The notes below the pieces were generated by a model. That model was not told the origin of the DNA. It made no database searches and was given only the letters and a program-made list of their open reading frames with translations. A DNA stretch of 64,000 bases from a virus: positions 1 to 64,000 of IMG/VR virus record IMGVR_UViG_3300033149_006612; one strand, given 5' to 3'. The translations under genes and the position numbers were made by a program. Below, piece after piece: positions 8,019-17,253 of this stretch (position 1 is the stretch's first letter; the number at the start of each line of letters is the position of its first letter).

Positions 8019-9463
8019 CTTCCATCTACCCCTGAGGAATACAGCCGAATCACTTTTTCCGCCCCGCCGTCGGCGTAAGCCTCGTTCAACTTTTCGGCTT
8101 CCAGCCCCTCGATCCCGGTAATCATGATCATCGGGTCCATCTCCACCAAGGCCTGCAATGCTCCCGGCGTCAATTGACCGAGTCCGTGTTGTAACGGTCC
8201 CTTGTCGAGGTCCGCCCGGATCTCGTCTACCTTGAGGACGTTGTGCCTGGCGTAGATGTCGTGATTTTCGGCTTCCACCCGGTCATCCCTGGGATTTAAT
8301 CCGATCCAGAACATCTCCAATTCGTTGATTAGATCGTTCTCGGTAATCTCGGCAATCCGTGGAATCGTACTGACGTTGATCCGTTTGGCTATCATTTCAG
8401 CGATCGGCTTTCGGGCTTCCTCCACCGATTGACTGGCGCTTATCTCACCCTGGCTCCGGTTGACGTCCCTCTCCACACCGAAATCCTGCGGTTTCAGGTC
8501 AAAACAGTAGGCCAGGACTCTGGTGAGCATTTCTTGATATTTCAGATATAGGCCCTCATCCCCGGCTGGCTTCAGTTCCAGGACCTCCGGTCTCACCTCG
8601 GCACCGGATTCCAACTCCTCACCGAATCCACCGAAAAAGCCCGGTGAACCCCTACCGGCAAGTGTAGTCTGCCAGAGGTGTTGGAACGCCTGGATCTCAC
8701 TCCGATCGGTATTGGCCCCCAGCCATACCATGATTGCCGGATACGCATTACTGGCAACCTCCTTCTGGTATGAACTCAGGCCGAGCCACGCATCTATAAT
8801 CTCGATTGCGGTTTCAAGAGGCGAAATACCAAACGGTTCGAAGGACCGCTTCCTCATCATGAGGTACTCTATCTGTTTATCCTTCAGGACGGCCACCCTC
8901 CTACCTTGGGCTTCCTGGACCCACCTGAAGGATTCCGGATCTCCGTCCCAACCGCGTATCTTCGATACGGTGTAGCCGGGTACCGCCTCCAGCGCTAGGA
9001 CGTCGTTGCTATTGACGTTGTCCGGGCGCTCCACATACTCCCATACCCCGGCATCCCAGATCAAGATGTCCTCGACGATCTGACCGATGAAGGTGCCGAA
9101 ATCGTCATCATCGGAATTCGGGTTATCCAGGACGGCCCGGACCTGTGCGGCCGCCTCCTGTAGGAGTACGCTTTCCTGTTCCGATTCGGGTTTCTTGACC
9201 GGCTGAATGCCGTAATCCAGCCTCATGATCCCCCTCCTGATCAGGTTGATGGCCCTGCTGGCCATCGCGGTCTCAGAGAAGGCCATGATTTCAGCCACCC
9301 TACGCCTGGGACGTCTCCTGGCCACCTGGCCGTAGGGAACGCCGCCGGATCTGCCGAGTGAAAATCCGGTACGTTTGACGGTAGTCCTCCTATCAGCCTC
9401 CAGTACCGGAGCCGTCATCGGTCTTGCCGTTAGAATCCCGTGGCGTTCGAGCAGCCTCCGCAT
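8015..9463 (-). CDS. Portal protein
   Basis: LDNPN, IVEDILIWDAG, GISPLE, FG...DVNRS and VDEIRA.L...PL portal motifs; upstream of MuF. Confidence 0.9.
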   Translation of the reverse strand: MRRLLERHGILTARPMTAPVLEADRRTTVKRTGFSLGRSGGVPYGQVARRRPRRRVAEIMAFSETAMASRAINLIRRGIMRLDYGIQPVKKPESEQESVLLQEAAAQVRAVLDNPNSDDDDFGTFIGQIVEDILIWDAGVWEYVERPDNVNSNDVLALEAVPGYTVSKIRGWDGDPESFRWVQEAQGRRVAVLKDKQIEYLMMRKRSFEPFGISPLETAIEIIDAWLGLSSYQKEVASNAYPAIMVWLGANTDRSEIQAFQHLWQTTLAGRGSPGFFGGFGEELESGAEVRPEVLELKPAGDEGLYLKYQEMLTRVLAYCFDLKPQDFGVERDVNRSQGEISASQSVEEARKPIAEMIAKRINVSTIPRIAEITENDLINELEMFWIGLNPRDDRVEAENHDIYARHNVLKVDEIRADLDKGPLQHGLGQLTPGALQALVEMDPMIMITGIEGLEAEKLNEAYADGGAEKVIRLYSSGVDGR

Positions 9464-9635
9464 GGTTCCCCTCCGTCGGTTCTATCTGGTTTACGTCTAT
9501 GGAAGACGGGTCGATGAGAATAAGTTCCAATTCATCAGACTCCCGGTTATCCGGGCAAAGCGCCCTGTGCATCTTAAATTTCTCAGCCAGGATCGGCTGC
9601 AGACACCCGGGGCAGACCTCGTACAATTTGTTCAT
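9393..9635 (-). CDS. Hypothetical protein with CxxC...H...C zinc finger
   Basis: GAGG RBS; CPGC...HRALC. Confidence 0.5.
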   Translation of the reverse strand: MNKLYEVCPGCLQPILAEKFKMHRALCPDNRESDELELILIDPSSIDVNQIEPTEGNHAEAARTPRDSNGKTDDGSGTGG

Positions 9636-9820
9636 CGTTTTTACCTCGATAATCGGCTTTACGGTACCGACGTGCCCCGGCCGGTAACCGCGGTTCCATC
9701 AGGACGGGACGTTACGGCAGGCCGATGCAGTTTTTCACGCGAGGTTTAATCTATCTTATGAGCTACCGACATTATGGTTTCTCCCCACTCGATAATCACC
9801 GGGGTCCGGTGACACGCCCG

Positions 9821-10108
9821 TCATCCATCCCGCCCGTCTTCCTCCTCTATTTTCCTCCACACCCGTTTACAGTTTGGGCAGATCAAACGGTTCCACTCTT
9901 CATCGAGCGGTACACGGAATACACCGGGGCATGAGGGGCATTCGGCAACGGCCCGCAACAATCCCCATAAAAGCCCGCCCATATCGGCAGCGTCAACCTT
10001 CCTTTCGCCACCAAAATCCAGCCTGACACCCTGAAGTTCAGGGTGTCGGTCGATGAAATCCTTACCCTCATCTATGACGGTATCGACGATCCTCATGTCG
10101 CACATCAT
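9821..10108 (-). CDS. Hypothetical zinc-ribbon protein
   Basis: GGAGG RBS; CPSC...CPNC. Confidence 0.55.
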   Translation of the reverse strand: MMCDMRIVDTVIDEGKDFIDRHPELQGVRLDFGGERKVDAADMGGLLWGLLRAVAECPSCPGVFRVPLDEEWNRLICPNCKRVWRKIEEEDGRDG

Positions 10109-10141
10109 CGCCCTCCAATCCCCCAGCAGTCCGATTATAAC

Positions 10142-10402
10142 TCATTCCTGTTCTTCGGTTCTGAAACCGAAGAATATACCTCGTGCGTATTTGCTCTTAT
10201 TTTCGGCCATCCAGGCTACTGTTTCATCGTAGCCGAGGCGGGAAGCAATTGCGACGACGGCATTATAGTCAAACATATTCGTCTCGCCCGTGTCTCGTAC
10301 GGCTTTAATGCCGCCTATCACCCGTTCAGGAGCGGGTACTTCCCAGTTCGGTTTTGTGTTTTCTATCATTCGGGTTTCCTTATCCATTCGATCAGTGTTC
10401 AC
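10142..10402 (-). CDS. DUF5049-like small phage protein
   Basis: I.AVRDTGETNMFD...V..IA..LGY motif. Confidence 0.6.
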   Translation of the reverse strand: MNTDRMDKETRMIENTKPNWEVPAPERVIGGIKAVRDTGETNMFDYNAVVAIASRLGYDETVAWMAENKSKYARGIFFGFRTEEQE

Positions 10403-10438
10403 GGTTAATTCATTCAGCTTCGTTCTTACGGCCGTCCA

Positions 10439-10735
10439 CTAATTAATCCCGTAAAAATTACAGAACTCGATATACGTCAACCTTCGCCATCCTCTTTTCA
10501 GCCTCGGCGTCCACCTGACCGGGTGGTGAAAGCCGTTTTCCTGAAAAAGCGATCTACTGTTTTCATCCTCGTTTTTATCCCATCCCGCGGCCGGGTCTAA
10601 TGGACGAATCGGTAGAGCCAGAAACGGCCTCAGCCGCCTGTACACATCACCGGCCGTCTCTATCGTTAGGCGTGTTTTCAGCGGTTTTATGGCGTGTCGA
10701 TGACAGTAACTCGGCGTTGATTTTAACTCGATCAT
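10439..10735 (-). CDS. Hypothetical protein
   Basis: ORF with GAGGA RBS in a tightly packed gene run. Confidence 0.5.
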   Translation of the reverse strand: MIELKSTPSYCHRHAIKPLKTRLTIETAGDVYRRLRPFLALPIRPLDPAAGWDKNEDENSRSLFQENGFHHPVRWTPRLKRGWRRLTYIEFCNFYGIN

Positions 10736-10752
10736 TGTTCCTCACCCTTTCG

Positions 10753-11019
10753 TCATTCCCCATCCTCCGGTAATCGAAGCTCAGCCCACCAATCGGGATC
10801 ACTATAATAATGAGTCTCTAATTCCAAGTCTAAAATCCATGCCTTCGCCTTCTTGCTGGCTGGCAACCAATCTCTTTGTGAATAATGGGCAACCAACGGA
10901 TACCCAGGATATGAACCATTTTCCCATATTCCGATGATTAACCGCCCGTCCCTCGGCGGTTCCTTATCGCTGGACAGGTACCACGGCCCGGTGGCACAAT
11001 TGCATCGCTCTTTAATCAT
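10753..11019 (-). CDS. Hypothetical protein (DUF551-like)
   Basis: W......PPRDG..I...W and a terminal PDWWAEL..P pattern. Confidence 0.5.
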   Translation of the reverse strand: MIKERCNCATGPWYLSSDKEPPRDGRLIIGIWENGSYPGYPLVAHYSQRDWLPASKKAKAWILDLELETHYYSDPDWWAELRLPEDGE

Positions 11020-11075
11020 TTCTCACCCTCCGGATCCACTGCCTTTGTGATAACCCCGGCAAGCAGTTTCCCCAC

Positions 11076-11426
11076 TTACTCATTTCTCGCTATCGCCGCA
11101 TTCGCCCACATCACCGCTTCTTCAAGCTTCATAATCGCCAACTCTCTCTCACGACTATCAGGACACAGTCTCACTATGAACTCCGCCATTTCCTTCCCTT
11201 CAGCCCTCAACCTCTTATAGCGATTCAACCGGTCACCTTTCGGGGCATGATAAGAAAACCTTTTCTCCGACTCCGTCTCATCTATTACATTACTCATTTC
11301 TGATAGGGCATCATGGCTGAGAAAGTATCTTGACGCTTCTCCGTATGCCCATAGCACAAGACACCAGAACACAAAAACTACAAGTAGAGTCACCAATCTA
11401 TTTACCTTTCTTTCTACCATCATCAC
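11076..11426 (-). CDS. Acb2/Tad1-family hairpin protein (putative immune-signal sponge) with an N-terminal TM helix
   Basis: RFSYHAP...RY..LR...KE.A..I...CPDSRE..LA..KLEEAVMWANAAIAR; hydrophobic residues about 11-27. Confidence 0.65.
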   Translation of the reverse strand: MMMVERKVNRLVTLLVVFVFWCLVLWAYGEASRYFLSHDALSEMSNVIDETESEKRFSYHAPKGDRLNRYKRLRAEGKEMAEFIVRLCPDSRERELAIMKLEEAVMWANAAIARNE

Positions 11427-11512
11427 CTCTCCATGCTCATCGGCCCACCGGTATTCTTCTGCTCCGTAATCATCATTATTCCGTCTCCAACGACAATCAG
11501 GTCACCCCGCCT

Positions 11513-11737
11513 TTATTTTTCGGCCCCCGTAACGCGGACTGGATTGATTTCATCGATCTTCAGTGATACAACCACGCACTCACCACCGTTCAACGCATTC
11601 CACAGATCTTCTCCGCTCTTGGTATGTAGAGCATAAAAAAGATCAACGTGGACCACGGCAAATAGCATACTGTAGTGCTCGTCCCAAATTTCGATCATAG
11701 ATCTATCTCTATTGTTGGGTTTTAAAATGGTCTGCAT
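11513..11737 (-). CDS. Hypothetical protein
   Basis: ORF in a co-oriented gene run. Confidence 0.5.
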   Translation of the reverse strand: MQTILKPNNRDRSMIEIWDEHYSMLFAVVHVDLFYALHTKSGEDLWNALNGGECVVVSLKIDEINPVRVTGAEK

Positions 11738-11787
11738 TGCTCTTCTTCTTTCTCACCCCCCGGATTCACTTGACATCTTTTCCTCTT

Positions 11788-12132
11788 TCAAAATGCTTTC
11801 TCGTCCCGTGGTCTTTCCCAACTCTTCTCCGTCTTCTTCATCGCCTCAGCGACGATATCGATGTTGAGACCGTTTGCAACACCGATCAGACGTATTAAAA
11901 CATCGGCAAGCTCTTCGGCAAAATTCTCGCGATCGCCGATCCTGAGAGCCCCGATTGCCTCGTGACACTCGCCCGCCAGCAAGGCGAGTTTGACGACAAG
12001 CTTATAAGGATTTTTCGGTCTCTTCTCGTCTTCAGGCCAATCCTCGATTGAGACAGTACTCCAACCTTTGATCCTCTCAACCCTTACGATCTCCCTGTGA
12101 AGCTCTTCAAAGAGCTTGCCCTCAAAATTCAT
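11788..12132 (-). CDS. MazG-like nucleotide pyrophosphohydrolase
   Basis: GECHEA...EELADVLIR all-alpha NTP-PPase motif. Confidence 0.8.
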   Translation of the reverse strand: MNFEGKLFEELHREIVRVERIKGWSTVSIEDWPEDEKRPKNPYKLVVKLALLAGECHEAIGALRIGDRENFAEELADVLIRLIGVANGLNIDIVAEAMKKTEKSWERPRDEKAF

Positions 12133-12350
12133 CTGTCTTTATTCTCAACAATCAAAAAGTTATACTCACCAGACGGATCTGGGATTTTGTACCCCGGTTT
12201 ACAACCCCCACAATAGTCCATGCAGGGCATCAGGTCGTCTATCCCGCAACCGCACTCGCCGTTAATATTGTAAAGACCGTCATAACCGTGATCTTTCAGC
12301 CAATCTTTGATAATAGTTTGAATATCGAGAGTATTTGCCTTTCTACTCAT
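12129..12350 (-). CDS. Small Cys-rich hypothetical protein
   Basis: GYDGLY...ECGC..DDL.PC...C.PGY; overlaps both neighbours. Confidence 0.6.
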   Translation of the reverse strand: MSRKANTLDIQTIIKDWLKDHGYDGLYNINGECGCGIDDLMPCMDYCGGCKPGYKIPDPSGEYNFLIVENKDR

Positions 12351-12817
12351 TTTAAACTCAGCTCTGAAACGATCATTGCCTTGAATTCGTCAAAACCGGC
12401 AGCTTGAATCGCCCCATACCTGTCGCAGACGATGTCCACATTTCCTTTCTTCCAGTATTCTTCCGGGCAAAGAACAATAATGGGAGACTGACGGTTCACA
12501 GACAAGCCCAACTCCAAAAGGGTAATAGGCGATTTCGTACCCGGCTGGAAACACATCGCGATTAGATCCGCCCTTTCAAGGCCCTCAAGCTCCCAGGTAA
12601 CCTGCTCCACGAACTGAGGATTCTCGATGCTCTGCTCCCAAGACGAATCCCAGTCATCTCGACGCGGGTTAAGGATGGTGACGTCAAAATCCTTTAATGC
12701 TTTTTCTACCTCGGATCGCCAATCCTCGACCTTCCCCATTTCGATGCTACCGGCAAGGAATACCGTAGCCTCATCGTAGAAGTTAACCTTTCTCGGTGGT
12801 TTCACTACCTTTGCCAT
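12347..12817 (-). CDS. Nucleoside 2-deoxyribosyltransferase-like protein
   Basis: VFLAGSI, NPRRDDWD, QVTWE, SPITLLELG and GNVDIVC motifs. Confidence 0.85.
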   Translation of the reverse strand: MAKVVKPPRKVNFYDEATVFLAGSIEMGKVEDWRSEVEKALKDFDVTILNPRRDDWDSSWEQSIENPQFVEQVTWELEGLERADLIAMCFQPGTKSPITLLELGLSVNRQSPIIVLCPEEYWKKGNVDIVCDRYGAIQAAGFDEFKAMIVSELSLK

Positions 12818-13037
12818 TTTTCTCCCTGTGACAGTCTCCGCCTTCTAATCTTTCAATATTTATAGATTTCCCATATGCCCCTATGGCTTGATTAAAAACA
12901 AATGGTGCGAATCTGCCGAGTGAGATTCCTGCCCGTTCTGAGAAATTCCACACCGACATCCACAATCCGGTCCAGGGCATTAGGAGCATCTTCTTCGTAG
13001 CGATCTTAAAAAGAATCATCCTCTCCCTCACCTCCAA
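12783..13037 (-). CDS. Hypothetical protein
   Basis: ORF overlapping the next gene. Confidence 0.45.
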   Translation of the reverse strand: MEVRERMILFKIATKKMLLMPWTGLWMSVWNFSERAGISLGRFAPFVFNQAIGAYGKSINIERLEGGDCHREKNGKGSETTEKG

Positions 13038-13056
13038 CCTCTTAGCTATGCGTCGG

Positions 13057-13314
13057 TTACCTTTTCGACCGAACGACCCCCCTCGGACCGCTACCGGATG
13101 GAGGTTCCCCGCCGTGCCCGTTCGGCTTCATCCCCGACCTCCGGCGGTTCCGGCTTGCGATCTGCGTAAACTTCCAGAGATATGATACCAGCAGCCATGC
13201 CGGGTGACCGATCCAACCCCGATGGGAGCATAGGTCACAGTAATACCTGTACGGCCTACCGCCCGGCCTCACCTTCCAGTACCAGCCCCATCCTTTACAT
13301 TCCGGACAAACCAT
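13057..13314 (-). CDS. Hypothetical zinc-finger protein
   Basis: CPECKG.G...CDLC...G. Confidence 0.5.
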   Translation of the reverse strand: MVCPECKGWGWYWKVRPGGRPYRYYCDLCSHRGWIGHPAWLLVSYLWKFTQIASRNRRRSGMKPNGHGGEPPSGSGPRGVVRSKR

Positions 13315-13320
13315 AATCCA

Positions 13321-13393
13321 CCCATCGGCTTAACGCCTTCCCGCCCATCGGCTTAACGCCTTCCCACCCATCGGCTTAACGCCTTCCCACCCA
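13321..13393. repeat. Tandem repeat, 3 x 23 bp
   Basis: CCCATCGGCTTAACGCCTTCCC(G/A) at 13321, 13344 and 13367, with no spacers. Confidence 0.9.
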
Positions 13394-13451
13394 CATTTTA
13401 GCTTTTCCTTAACCTCTTCGTCGGTCATCGCCTCCGGCCCGTCCCCATCAT

Positions 13452-14816
13452 TCATCTATACACCGACTGTCTCCGCTTCCACGCCGAGTAGAGCATGTCG
13501 ACCTTGGCGTCTACAAAATCTACAACCAAGGCCCGATCCTTATTCGGTGCCGGTCTCGACACCCTACCGATCGCCTGCAGCGTCCTCGGTCCTCCTGAAA
13601 TGGGAGATACCAGGAAAAGGAGGTCCCATCCAGGTACGTCTATACCCTCCCCCAGTAGATGGATGGTCGCAATCGTTAAACGTGCCCCGGCCCGAACTGT
13701 GGATATCGCCCGGCGTCTTTCAACCTTCGAAAGTTGCCCGGTGATCAGGACGGGTCGAAGATCGGCCAGCCGGTCAGCCAGGATGTTGGCGTGCTCAATC
13801 CGATCGGTCAAGATTAAGGCGTGGGAATCCGGGGTCACCCTCCTTCGAACTTCACGTTCGATGTGCCCGTTACGCTCGGGGTCCCGGCTCAGATCGGCGA
13901 TCATCCTCGGCCATTCACCGGCATCCTTGATGTCGTAATAATAGTCGGTACCGACCGATTCAACACGTGGCCATACCATCCGGCCGACCGCTTCCACCCC
14001 TTGACGTGTAATCCTCGCCGATTTATCACCGATGACGCGCCACATTAAAAATTGAAATCCGTCCTTCCTCCACGCCGTCGCCGTGAAACCGTACCGGTAC
14101 CTGGCCGGTAATTGATTCAACAGCCTGGCCCAGGTAAAGGCCGGGGAATGGTGGCATTCATCGACCAGGACGCCGCCGAAGTATGAACGGATCTCACGCA
14201 GGTCCCTCCGGGCCAGCGTCTGGATCATACCCACCGTCACCTGTCCGAGCTTTTCCTTACCGGCACCGATGACCCCCGGTTCAATCCCCAGCCAGGACCG
14301 GCAGCGGTCCACGGTCTGATTTAGCAGTTCAACGGTGTGAACCAAGATCAGGACATTGGTCTGTAGGTGTGGAACGGTCGAAAGTAAGATGTTGGTCTTA
14401 CCGCTACCGGTCGGGGCTTCCAGGACGCCTGTCGGCCGTCGCAGCAGATCGGCCAGCGCCTCCGCCTGGTAGGGGTATAACTCCCCGTTAAAACCGTCGC
14501 ACGGGACCGCGGTGGGAGGACAGACCGTCAGGTCCCTCACCTCGAAACGTAAACCGTTATCGTTCAACGCCTTAACGACTGAACGGTAATAACCGCGTGG
14601 TAACCTTATACCCCCGTCGTCCAATATATCCACCAGGGAAACGATCCTAGGGGTCTTGCCGGTCCACTTCCCCAACCTCAACAGCGTGTCAAACTTCGGA
14701 TTGTTAAACCGGTTTTCACTGACGAACCTGGCTTTCAAAAAGTCGGGAAGACCGTTGACGGTAATCTTAGATTCAAGCTCTATCACAATCATCGCGTGTG
14801 CCGCCCCGTCGTCCAT
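13452..14816 (-). CDS. Superfamily 2 (DEAD/DEAH-box) helicase
   Basis: YQ, APTGSGKT, DECHH, TAT, EGIDVP and QAIGRVSR motifs. Confidence 0.92.
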   Translation of the reverse strand: MDDGAAHAMIVIELESKITVNGLPDFLKARFVSENRFNNPKFDTLLRLGKWTGKTPRIVSLVDILDDGGIRLPRGYYRSVVKALNDNGLRFEVRDLTVCPPTAVPCDGFNGELYPYQAEALADLLRRPTGVLEAPTGSGKTNILLSTVPHLQTNVLILVHTVELLNQTVDRCRSWLGIEPGVIGAGKEKLGQVTVGMIQTLARRDLREIRSYFGGVLVDECHHSPAFTWARLLNQLPARYRYGFTATAWRKDGFQFLMWRVIGDKSARITRQGVEAVGRMVWPRVESVGTDYYYDIKDAGEWPRMIADLSRDPERNGHIEREVRRRVTPDSHALILTDRIEHANILADRLADLRPVLITGQLSKVERRRAISTVRAGARLTIATIHLLGEGIDVPGWDLLFLVSPISGGPRTLQAIGRVSRPAPNKDRALVVDFVDAKVDMLYSAWKRRQSVYR

Positions 14817-15001
14817 TCATACTGTAAAACGCCGCCATCCTTTACAAACCCGATCCGTCTATTCCTGATTAACGGCCTACCGTTTGCGTCATACAGGATC
14901 GGCGTCTCACCCTCCTTGACGTAGACGACGATACTTCCAACCGAGGTCGTCCAGACCTCCTCATCCTCCCACCGGCCTGCCGGACGCCTCATATCCATCA
15001 C
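14789..15001 (-). CDS. Hypothetical protein
   Basis: Small ORF coupled to the upstream gene. Confidence 0.45.
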   Translation of the reverse strand: MMDMRRPAGRWEDEEVWTTSVGSIVVYVKEGETPILYDANGRPLIRNRRIGFVKDGGVLQYEWTTGRHTR

Positions 15002-15822
15002 TCAGGCTGCTCCAGGAAATCGGAGATCATATCCAGGACGGATCGCCTACATACATAACCGGGCACGGGTGCCGGTCCCTCCCTCGGCTCGATGTGCCTA
15101 TACGGGTTCTCCGTCAGCTTTAACTTTGGAGGTTTGTTCATCCGATCGGCCAGCATACACACCAATGACAACGTCTGGACGGGTTCCTGCCCACCGACGT
15201 CGATCAGGTCAAACGACTCCGGATAAACAAGGCTGGAATAATGCACTATAGCCTGGCAGACGTCGTCCACGTGGCTGTAATACCGGCTGGATAGACCGTA
15301 ATCGTAAAGTTGGATCTCGCTGCCCTCCCGGAGCTTACGCCATGCCTCATATAGGAACATATTCTTCCGCTGCCCCGGCCCTAGAACGGTGAAAAGCCTT
15401 AGGACGATCACCGGGACCCCCGCGTTGATCTTGAGCATCTCCTCCATCGCCCTCTTGGAGGCCCCATAATAGCTCTTCTGATGCTTGGCTGCCGACGTGG
15501 AAGCCACGATCATTGCACGCGGCCATCCGAATTCCTCATTGAAATCGTTACAGATCTCCTGCAGCTGAAGGGTAGATAGAACGTTGGCCCGGACGTATCG
15601 ATCGTATTCAAGATATCCGTGCCTGACCCCGGTTTCGGCAGCCAGATGGATCACCACGTCCGGCCTGGCCGCCGACAGTTCACCGACGACCCGCTCCCGA
15701 TCTAGGAGATCCTGGCCGTCCTTCCTGTCATACACCCCGACCGGGTTCCGGATATATGAGGAGATAAGGCGACGACCGATAAAACCACGATGACCGGTTA
15801 TCCAAGCTTTAATCGTACTCAT
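14998..15822 (-). CDS. NAD-dependent epimerase/dehydratase (extended SDR)
   Basis: ITGHRGFIG, HLAA, ST, YGASK, RLFTVLGP and R..SHVDD motifs. Confidence 0.9.
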   Translation of the reverse strand: MSTIKAWITGHRGFIGRRLISSYIRNPVGVYDRKDGQDLLDRERVVGELSAARPDVVIHLAAETGVRHGYLEYDRYVRANVLSTLQLQEICNDFNEEFGWPRAMIVASTSAAKHQKSYYGASKRAMEEMLKINAGVPVIVLRLFTVLGPGQRKNMFLYEAWRKLREGSEIQLYDYGLSSRYYSHVDDVCQAIVHYSSLVYPESFDLIDVGGQEPVQTLSLVCMLADRMNKPPKLKLTENPYRHIEPREGPAPVPGYVCRRSVLDMISDFLEQPE

Positions 15823-15884
15823 ATACGGTTAACGGATCCGGGCTCGAAGGCTCCATTTCAGCGACGGAGGACCACATCGGTGGA

Positions 15885-16220
15885 TTAATTGGTCCTCCCG
15901 CGTTTGACCGTTCTCCTGTCTACCCCCCTCTGCCAGAGGAAAATCTGCTTCATCGTAAACCAGAATCCACAGTTCTCGTACATGGTCACCACCGCACGCC
16001 TACCCGATGAATCGGGCTCGCGCAGCATGTTAAAGGTATAGTCGGCGTCCATACGGGTCCTGCGGATGTAGATCTTCCGGGCACCGCTATCATCCTCATA
16101 CCGGATTACAAACGGAACCTTAAACGGGCTCCTCATGGCGATCCCATCCCACAATCCACACAAAACCGGCGGACTTCGTCCTCCCCGGAGGCATCCATAC
16201 CCACCGCCGTCACCGTCCAA
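15885..16220 (-). CDS. Hypothetical protein (start probably nearer 16136)
   Basis: ORF in a co-oriented run; the MRSPFK start overlaps the upstream stop. Confidence 0.4.
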   Translation of the reverse strand: MDGDGGGYGCLRGGRSPPVLCGLWDGIAMRSPFKVPFVIRYEDDSGARKIYIRRTRMDADYTFNMLREPDSSGRRAVVTMYENCGFWFTMKQIFLWQRGVDRRTVKRGRTN

Positions 16221-16384
16221 ACGCCGTCGCGCCTCTCCAGTAAGACGTGTTCCGCCCCGAACCTGGCCTTAAGCTGGGCCTCGTATGCCCGCCTCTTACA
16301 TGGACCCACACTCCCGATCCGGAGGACGACGGTCCTCCTGCCGTCCTCCGTGTCCGGTCCACGATCGAATACATTCCCCGTCAC
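16133..16384 (-). CDS. Hypothetical protein
   Basis: Coupled start/stop with neighbours. Confidence 0.45.
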   Translation of the reverse strand: MTGNVFDRGPDTEDGRRTVVLRIGSVGPCKRRAYEAQLKARFGAEHVLLERRDGVWTVTAVGMDASGEDEVRRFCVDCGMGSP

Positions 16385-16878
16385 GGTATCCCGCCCGTCC
16401 TCAGTTTAACGTTATACTCCCAAACCCTACGGCTGGCTATTAACGCGGTCCTACAATCCACCAATCGTGCAAACTGCCGGTCCCGCTCCTTAACGTCGAA
16501 CCTCGGCCGGGCACCCCCAGATCGAAGCTTCCCCTCCGCCCTGGGGAGATCGAACACGGCAATCATGAGGCATCGTTCATATAGGTTCATGATGCCCCTC
16601 GGCCGCTGGACTATCTGGAACTCCCCGATAAAGTCACCCGGCTTACAGTCGCCCGGTAAACGTGGATCGAGCCTCATATCATATGGGTTGCATTGCCGAT
16701 GTTCCTCCACCGGCGGGTCCTGGGCCGTCATAAGCCCGGTCAGCAGCAGTAAAACCGGGACGATGCCCGCCTTCATACCTCTACCGTATCTCATCCCCCG
16801 GTTCCACCTCCTGGATGCGGTCGGCGTCCACCCAGTGGCAGATCCGGGCGTATTCACACTCAATGCCCGCATCGTCAA
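16381..16878 (-). CDS. Hypothetical exported protein (start probably near 16776)
   Basis: MKAGIVPVLLLLTGLMTA resembles a signal peptide. Confidence 0.45.
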   Translation of the reverse strand: MTMRALSVNTPGSATGWTPTASRRWNRGMRYGRGMKAGIVPVLLLLTGLMTAQDPPVEEHRQCNPYDMRLDPRLPGDCKPGDFIGEFQIVQRPRGIMNLYERCLMIAVFDLPRAEGKLRSGGARPRFDVKERDRQFARLVDCRTALIASRRVWEYNVKLRTGGIP

Positions 16879-17011
16879 GTCTACTCCTCTTTAAGGCGTC
16901 GTTGTGCGCCTTGATCACCCGGGCCTTGACGTTCCCGACCCCTTCACCGTGTTCAATACGACCGGCCAATCCGCACGTCTGACATTGCCAATATCGGATG
17001 ACGCTCTTCAT
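16781..17011 (-). CDS. Hypothetical protein with CxxC
   Basis: AAGGAGG RBS; overlaps the upstream stop. Confidence 0.5.
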   Translation of the reverse strand: MKSVIRYWQCQTCGLAGRIEHGEGVGNVKARVIKAHNDALKRSRLDDAGIECEYARICHWVDADRIQEVEPGDEIR

Positions 17012-17253
17012 CCCTCCTTACCTCCATCAACCGAGATCCTGTCCTGGACGGCGTCTACAACCCTGCCGAACTGCCCGGCTATTACAACCACCGTCTCCAA
17101 CAGCAGTACGACCGGCCAGAACATCACATGGAGCCCCATCCACGCGGCCTTTTCCATACCGACCGTCAGGGTGTAGAATAAGGCCCAGCCGACGCCGATC
17201 ACAAAGTACAGTAGCACAGCCAGGACCCAAAGAACTGATTCCATCTGTCTCAT
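17008..17253 (-). CDS. Small membrane protein
   Basis: Two hydrophobic helices; GGAGG RBS. Confidence 0.55.
   Translation of the reverse strand: MRQMESVLWVLAVLLYFVIGVGWALFYTLTVGMEKAAWMGLHVMFWPVVLLLETVVVIAGQFGRVVDAVQDRISVDGGKEG

Noticed and set aside
13321-13393. Mini-CRISPR array
   Set aside because: The repeats are directly adjacent with no spacers.
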